From NCBI GenBank assembly GCA_964606285.1, contig CAZSFP010000001.1, positions 133,376 to 197,375 on the forward strand: a stretch of 64,000 bases of DNA, in the 5' to 3' direction. The translations under genes were made by a program, and so were the position numbers. Under the pieces are notes generated by a model. The model saw only the letters and a list, made by a program, of their open reading frames with translations, was not told the origin of the DNA and did not search any database. The DNA is from an uncultured Candidatus Saccharibacteria bacterium. GTDB taxonomy: Bacteria; Patescibacteriota; Minisyncoccia; Phycocordibacterales; UBA9973. Below are positions 59,122 through 64,000 of the stretch, in pieces. The stretch's first letter is position 1, and every line of letters starts with the position of its first letter.

Positions 59122-59913
59122 TTATGTATTTTCAACCATATCCCGTAATACTGGCTCGTGCATAATTGCATGTGTGCCGCCATAAATAATAAAGATACTT
59201 TTTCCTTCTTTCCAAAACTTTTCTATCTGTTCAAGAATATACACATCTCGCAGATACGAACCCATAAATCTACTAACTTTGTTTATAGTGGTTTTTTCTG
59301 TCAGTGGACTAGCTACATCTTTGAAAAAATCTTTATCATTTTTATCAAAGTCTGTTCCAAAAATTTTTTTATGAATAACTGTGAGGTTATTGATTGAAAA
59401 TTCAAAATCTGTCCACCCACTATCTTCCGCATCCCTTGAAAGATACTTGTTCATAAATGTTTCAAAATCCTCTCTTACAACCATGCGGTTCCATTGATAA
59501 CACATTCTTGCAAAATAATAATAGGCTATTTCTTCTTTTGAAAAATGTTTTAAGGTTTCACTAAACAAGAAATTGTCAGGTGGCTCAGGAGAAAATGTTT
59601 TGATATCTTTCTGTTTGGCAAGATATGCACCGAAATTACCTTCTCCTCCTTCTTGTATAGATTTTTCTTTTGTTTCAAATGCAGTACGTTTACCACCTTC
59701 GAGAAGTACTATTTTTTCTTTTCCTTCTGTGTTTTTTATAAATTCATTCCAAAAATCTTCAATCGTATTAAACTGTTTGTCCGTAGGATCATACGAATGA
59801 CGAGAGCCAAAGTAATAGAGATATTGATCACCACGTTGAAGAATATACGAATACGGCGCAGAGAGTTTCGAATTATTATATTCATCGTATGTCATCAATA
59901 ATTCTTTTTTCAT
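59122..59913 (-). CDS. Hypothetical protein (TraB/Tiki-like motifs)
   Basis: FGSRH, LLEG, RD, IIYGGTH. Confidence 0.7.
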   Translation of the reverse strand: MKKELLMTYDEYNNSKLSAPYSYILQRGDQYLYYFGSRHSYDPTDKQFNTIEDFWNEFIKNTEGKEKIVLLEGGKRTAFETKEKSIQEGGEGNFGAYLAKQKDIKTFSPEPPDNFLFSETLKHFSKEEIAYYYFARMCYQWNRMVVREDFETFMNKYLSRDAEDSGWTDFEFSINNLTVIHKKIFGTDFDKNDKDFFKDVASPLTEKTTINKVSRFMGSYLRDVYILEQIEKFWKEGKSIFIIYGGTHAIMHEPVLRDMVENT

Positions 59914-59919
59914 AATTTT

Positions 59920-60420
59920 TTAATATTTTAAAAATCGCACACTGCCATTTCCGCCCAAAAATTCCATTTTTGCTTTTCTGTATTCGGCGTATGGTTTGCC
60001 TTCGTACATTTTCTTCATATCATTATATTGTTGCAAAAGATCTGGGTGCGTAACGAAATAATCTCTAACTCTATAAAAATCATCATGTCTTGAGTCAATA
60101 ACAGTTACGACATAATCTATAGGCGGATTATCATCATTTTTAAATATAGCAAATTGTTCTGTCCAAAGTTCGGGATGTTTTTGAATAAAATTATTATTCA
60201 TAATTTCAACAGTTTTCTTAAAATTATCCTCCGATACACGTATTTGAATATCAATATCAAATTTTGCTAATGCACCCAAAATTGCACAACTTCCAACATG
60301 TTGTATATCAGCTTCTGGTAATAATTTCTCCAGTATTTCCTTTTGTGTATTGAAAATAGCTTCAGCTTCCTTAAAAATCTGATCTGAGGGGATAAAGTGT
60401 ACTAAATCAGTGTCTTTCAT
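59920..60420 (-). CDS. GrpB-family nucleotidyltransferase-fold protein
   Basis: IQHVGS.AI.G..AK.DIDI, RD....HP....Y...K, Y...K..F. Confidence 0.9.
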   Translation of the reverse strand: MKDTDLVHFIPSDQIFKEAEAIFNTQKEILEKLLPEADIQHVGSCAILGALAKFDIDIQIRVSEDNFKKTVEIMNNNFIQKHPELWTEQFAIFKNDDNPPIDYVVTVIDSRHDDFYRVRDYFVTHPDLLQQYNDMKKMYEGKPYAEYRKAKMEFLGGNGSVRFLKY

Positions 60421-60495
60421 AAATCAAAGTATACCATGCAGGGTCACAAATAGAAGCGTCGTTGGACACTTCTATTTTTATCACATGCACAAGGA

Positions 60496-61125
60496 TCACT
60501 TTCCGAGAATCCACGCATGATCGTGTTGCCAGTTTGAATCATAGACGGCAAATTCGACTTCGAGTTTCTTGCCGATCATGATTTCGAATTGATGCTCATG
60601 AAGAAGCGACAATGTTTCGGTTAGTTTGCCCTGGAATACACAAAACGGGCTCACGTAGTCTCTGAGTGTCACCATCGATACGGCATAGCCATCACCGGAT
60701 TTGAACGGATTGCGTGAGATACGGGCATCGGTACGGGACATGATATTCGAGAGTTGTGATTCCCTACCAGTAAAGACTTGGACTGGGATATGAGATTCGA
60801 AATAGCAATTTGTCGGCATGCTATCCCTGAGTGTCTGCGGTGCAGTCGGGTGGAACGGATCAGACTCGATCTTGACCCGACAGACAGCAAAGCCTAGGGT
60901 TGTCAGCGCGCGGTACAGGCAGTAGGCATAGCCAAAGACCTCTTCTTCAGTCACATAGAACTGTGAAGAGGTCATGACATCACGCTGGGTTTTTCGGGCA
61001 TGAGCATAGAGATCAATGATGATCGGTTTGACTCCACAAGAAGTACAAACGTGTTGGAATCGAGCAAGTTCAGATTCGTGAGAGAGAAGGACCGTGAGGT
61101 GGACTTCGTAGTGATTTTTTTGCAT
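60496..61125 (-). CDS. Conserved hypothetical protein
   Basis: YEVHLTV / YFESHI paired motifs, RVKIE, SRN, YDSN..HD..W. Confidence 0.75.
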   Translation of the reverse strand: MQKNHYEVHLTVLLSHESELARFQHVCTSCGVKPIIIDLYAHARKTQRDVMTSSQFYVTEEEVFGYAYCLYRALTTLGFAVCRVKIESDPFHPTAPQTLRDSMPTNCYFESHIPVQVFTGRESQLSNIMSRTDARISRNPFKSGDGYAVSMVTLRDYVSPFCVFQGKLTETLSLLHEHQFEIMIGKKLEVEFAVYDSNWQHDHAWILGK

Positions 61126-61230
61126 GGGAACGGGATATTTGATTGTGAGGTAATTCGGAATTTAATTATAGCACTGAGATAAGGAATTGCAAAATACGAA
61201 CTTCTAACAAAGATTTTCCTTGTCGGTTTT

Positions 61231-62457
61231 TTACAGTGAACCAATAAACTTTCTCGTTACTGGACCAAAAATACCAGTACCCTTGGTAAGACCTTGTGGA
61301 GTAAGCAATATGTCAGCGTGTGCTTCCTGGAATTTCGCAAGCGCACGAGCGGTTGCTTTGCCGTAAAATGTCGTTTCATTTCCTGGGGAACCATCTCCGG
61401 ATGAAGCTATGACAAAACCATTTTTATTGAGGAATTGTTGCAATGCTTTTACATCATCTCCAGTACTTCCTTGACGAAGATTTCTCGTATACGTTCCCGT
61501 TTTTGAAACCTCAGAGATATTTCCTGTACCTGATCCATACTGAATACTTTTTGAGAGTTTTACTGAATCCCCGGTTGGTGAAAAGAACATCACATACACA
61601 GTGTATATGCCCGGGACATCAGGTAGTGTGAACTGAGTGCTCGGTGTGTAATCAATCTGTCCAACATCAGCGAAACTCGGATCGAGAGATATTGCGTATC
61701 GTATAACACGCAAAGGATCCGCATTGAACGTGAGATTCACTGTTCGAGAATTTGTCTTTGAAGCGCCGTTGTTGATCAAAAAATCAAGGTTTTTATTTTC
61801 AGTACCCAAAGGAATAACCTGAATGATTGGCACACTCGGCAGATTGAGTGTCGATGCATCAGCAAGCGTTATCGATGCGTCATCAAAGTGCGTTCCGTAA
61901 TGCCCCGCCCAAACACTACTATCTGAACCACCAAATTCTATATACGCATATCGTACTCCTGCGCCATAGTTCGTAAATGTATATGAACGAGCTGTATAGG
62001 GACTATTTGCATCAAGTGCAATAGTTGATCCTGAATTACCATGGGTGTTTCCTGAGCTTGCAATAACAGTTGTTCCGTCACCCGCGAGAAGCTTGTATGT
62101 AATATAATAATATCCAGCCTGATCACTTCTTGTCCGAGTATACACGTTCATTGTAATGGTTGGTTGAAGAGTATCAATTCGTTCTGCACTATATCCAGCA
62201 CTCGAGAGATTGACTGTTTGTGAAATTCTGCTCAATCCATATGAAGGCATGAATGCATATGAACCAGATCGAACATCACTATCAAAGTTAACGCTCCAGC
62301 CATCACCAACATTTGCAATAACATCCCATCCGGTCGTACTTCCGGATTCTGCCCCAGGATTGGTAAGTATATTTGTCTCAGCAAAAACAGACGATGAAAA
62401 TGCAAAGGTGCCAAAAACAAGAATAGTGGCAAGAGAGAAAAACTTTTGTAATTTCAT
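61231..62457 (-). CDS. Secreted protein: FBA (F-box-associated lectin-like) domain + Ig-like domain + peptidoglycan-binding domain
   Basis: Signal peptide; NIL.NP.AE....GW......DGW.V, Q.V.L...GY....D..QP.I, F.NYG.GVRY..IE.GG.D...W.G.YG; C-terminal L..G..G.DV.ALQ.FLN, FQ, G..GP.TR. Confidence 0.8.
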   Translation of the reverse strand: MKLQKFFSLATILVFGTFAFSSSVFAETNILTNPGAESGSTTGWDVIANVGDGWSVNFDSDVRSGSYAFMPSYGLSRISQTVNLSSAGYSAERIDTLQPTITMNVYTRTRSDQAGYYYITYKLLAGDGTTVIASSGNTHGNSGSTIALDANSPYTARSYTFTNYGAGVRYAYIEFGGSDSSVWAGHYGTHFDDASITLADASTLNLPSVPIIQVIPLGTENKNLDFLINNGASKTNSRTVNLTFNADPLRVIRYAISLDPSFADVGQIDYTPSTQFTLPDVPGIYTVYVMFFSPTGDSVKLSKSIQYGSGTGNISEVSKTGTYTRNLRQGSTGDDVKALQQFLNKNGFVIASSGDGSPGNETTFYGKATARALAKFQEAHADILLTPQGLTKGTGIFGPVTRKFIGSL

Positions 62458-62517
62458 ATTTTTTATTTTAAAGGAATATTTTTCGAAAAGAAAGTTTTTG
62501 TGGGGATATTTATAATT

Positions 62518-62826
62518 TTATTTAAAAGCAACCGCGGCAAATTCTTCAGTTAAACTTTTGGCAAATTCCAACAACGTTGGTGGATAATTTCGTTTACCAA
62601 GCTCAGCTTCTTCCACAAGGCCATCAAGTACTTGTTCAAAAATATCTAGTTTACTCAAAAATAAATCTCCGAAAGCTTCAGGTTGTTCGCGGGCTATGAC
62701 CAAAGTAGATCGAATAGATTCCAAGTTTTTTCTATCCTCAAGAAGAGATATCATATAAATATATGTATGATCATTTTTATATGACGGTTCACTGTTGAGC
62801 TGATTTGATGTTTCTGGTGATTTCAT
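62518..62826 (-). CDS. Hypothetical protein
   Basis: ORF from MKSPET. Confidence 0.6.
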   Translation of the reverse strand: MKSPETSNQLNSEPSYKNDHTYIYMISLLEDRKNLESIRSTLVIAREQPEAFGDLFLSKLDIFEQVLDGLVEEAELGKRNYPPTLLEFAKSLTEEFAAVAFK

Positions 62827-62842
62827 TTTTTTTAGAAATAAA

Positions 62843-63439
62843 CTATAACACATTACCAAATATTTCTTCCAATTCTTGTATCTTTTTCAAAAGAATCGGA
62901 TGCGTGATTTTTGGACGAGAATAGTCGAGAAATTCTTTGAACAACGGAATATTTTGGAACCGTTCGTATTCCAGTGCTTTTTCAATCGCTTGATATTTGT
63001 CCAACTGTCTTCCAAATGATGCCGCCGGATCATCCGAAGTTTCGAATCGCACAAAAAGATCGATAATTTCCTGACCTTTCTTGTCGAGCTCCTTACAAAG
63101 AACTGCAAGCGCTGATTTTTCTTTTTCAAATTTATCTGCTTTCAATGTTCTGAATTCAGTTTCATCAAATGTTAAAATAACCTGATCACCGACAATAGCT
63201 TCAGGCCAGTCATGAACTTCAAGCATATCCAACAACCCGTCTCTTTCTTCTGCTGATAGCAATTCTTCAAAAGAACGTGCGAGCTCTAGTAATGAAACGA
63301 TATGCTCCTGCACGGATTCAGGATTTTCTACTCCCCTGTTCACCCATCCAGTCCGCTTCAAATCACCAAGTGCATTCCATACTTCAGGTGCCAGTGGTGC
63401 ATATTTTAGTTCAATGGGTTTTTCTAAACGAGTATCCAT
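62843..63439 (-). CDS. HD-domain phosphohydrolase (HDDC2/YfbR-like)
   Basis: LKRTGW..RGV..PESV.EH, VHD..EA.VGD, LDK. Confidence 0.9.
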   Translation of the reverse strand: MDTRLEKPIELKYAPLAPEVWNALGDLKRTGWVNRGVENPESVQEHIVSLLELARSFEELLSAEERDGLLDMLEVHDWPEAIVGDQVILTFDETEFRTLKADKFEKEKSALAVLCKELDKKGQEIIDLFVRFETSDDPAASFGRQLDKYQAIEKALEYERFQNIPLFKEFLDYSRPKITHPILLKKIQELEEIFGNVL

Positions 63440-63440
63440 G

Positions 63441-63851
63441 TTATTTAGTCGGATTCCACAATTTCTTTTCTGCTATTTCAACATTGTTTCCTGCGGGATC
63501 TCGGAAATAAAACGATCGTGCACTGTTGTTTCTCTCTGGCCATGTAATTTCTTTTTCTATTGGAATTCCTTTTTCGATAAATAATTTCTTCCAATTGTCA
63601 TATTCTTCATCCGGCGCTTCAAATGCAAAGTGTTGGGCACCAGTAACTCCGTGCGGCGGAACAAATTGACCTTCTTGGGATGTGAGAGATCGATTGAATA
63701 TGATTAAAATACTTTCTCCTGCTTTCAAGAAAACAGCCCGAGGTAATGACTTTTGAATAACTTCAAAATCAAAAACACTTTGATAGAAATCAAACATTTC
63801 TTCAACATTGTCGCAATATATGGCCGTTTCGATAATTTTATTTATTTTCAT
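63441..63851 (-). CDS. VOC/glyoxalase family protein
   Basis: ETAIY, FY, HFAF, SFYFRDPAGN.VEI. Confidence 0.92.
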   Translation of the reverse strand: MKINKIIETAIYCDNVEEMFDFYQSVFDFEVIQKSLPRAVFLKAGESILIIFNRSLTSQEGQFVPPHGVTGAQHFAFEAPDEEYDNWKKLFIEKGIPIEKEITWPERNNSARSFYFRDPAGNNVEIAEKKLWNPTK

Positions 63852-64000
63852 TGATATCAGTATACCAGATTTAAATCCTACCCAATCGCTTGAAAAATCA
63901 AGACTTTTAGTAGTTCACAAAACCCGTTCTTCTGCCATATTGTTTCGCTGCTTCTATATCTTCTAGCTGATGTTCTCCATCAAGCTCACTTTTGTATTCT

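Overview
Chromosomal window of a Patescibacteria/CPR bacterium, most like Parcubacteria (Paceibacteria). This is inferred from the priA-rpsU-ybeY-ftsA-ftsZ and mraZ-rsmH-ftsL-ftsI gene orders, PaaX/Cas2-like orphans, CPR-type REP hairpins and the absence of Shine-Dalgarno sites; genetic code 11. Housekeeping genes (dnaK, mnmA, mltG, typA, rseP, frr, mreB, ftsAZ, trxB, lysS, greA, mrdA, ahpC, tRNA-Glu) are interleaved with AT-rich single-gene ORFans, each with its own promoter and terminator. Main finding: a free-standing ~250-nt structured RNA (4494-4744, +) with its own sigma70 promoter, a perfect 13-bp closing helix and a terminator. It contains a covarying copy of the 23S rRNA L1 stalk (H76-H78) next to a tRNA-like T-arm, outside any rRNA operon. 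Other findings: two more promoter/terminator-bounded noncoding RNA candidates; small Cas2-like and ArsR-like genes each bracketed by their own palindrome family, with orphan copies elsewhere; palindromic elements inside mnmA, a regulator gene and a duplicated tRNA half; an AT-rich MazG / GIY-YIG-DUF2075-S24 / PIN / Trypco2-like candidate defence operon; a eukaryote-like FBA lectin surface protein; and pervasive leaderless promoters. All family assignments come from motif recognition by eye, not from database searches.
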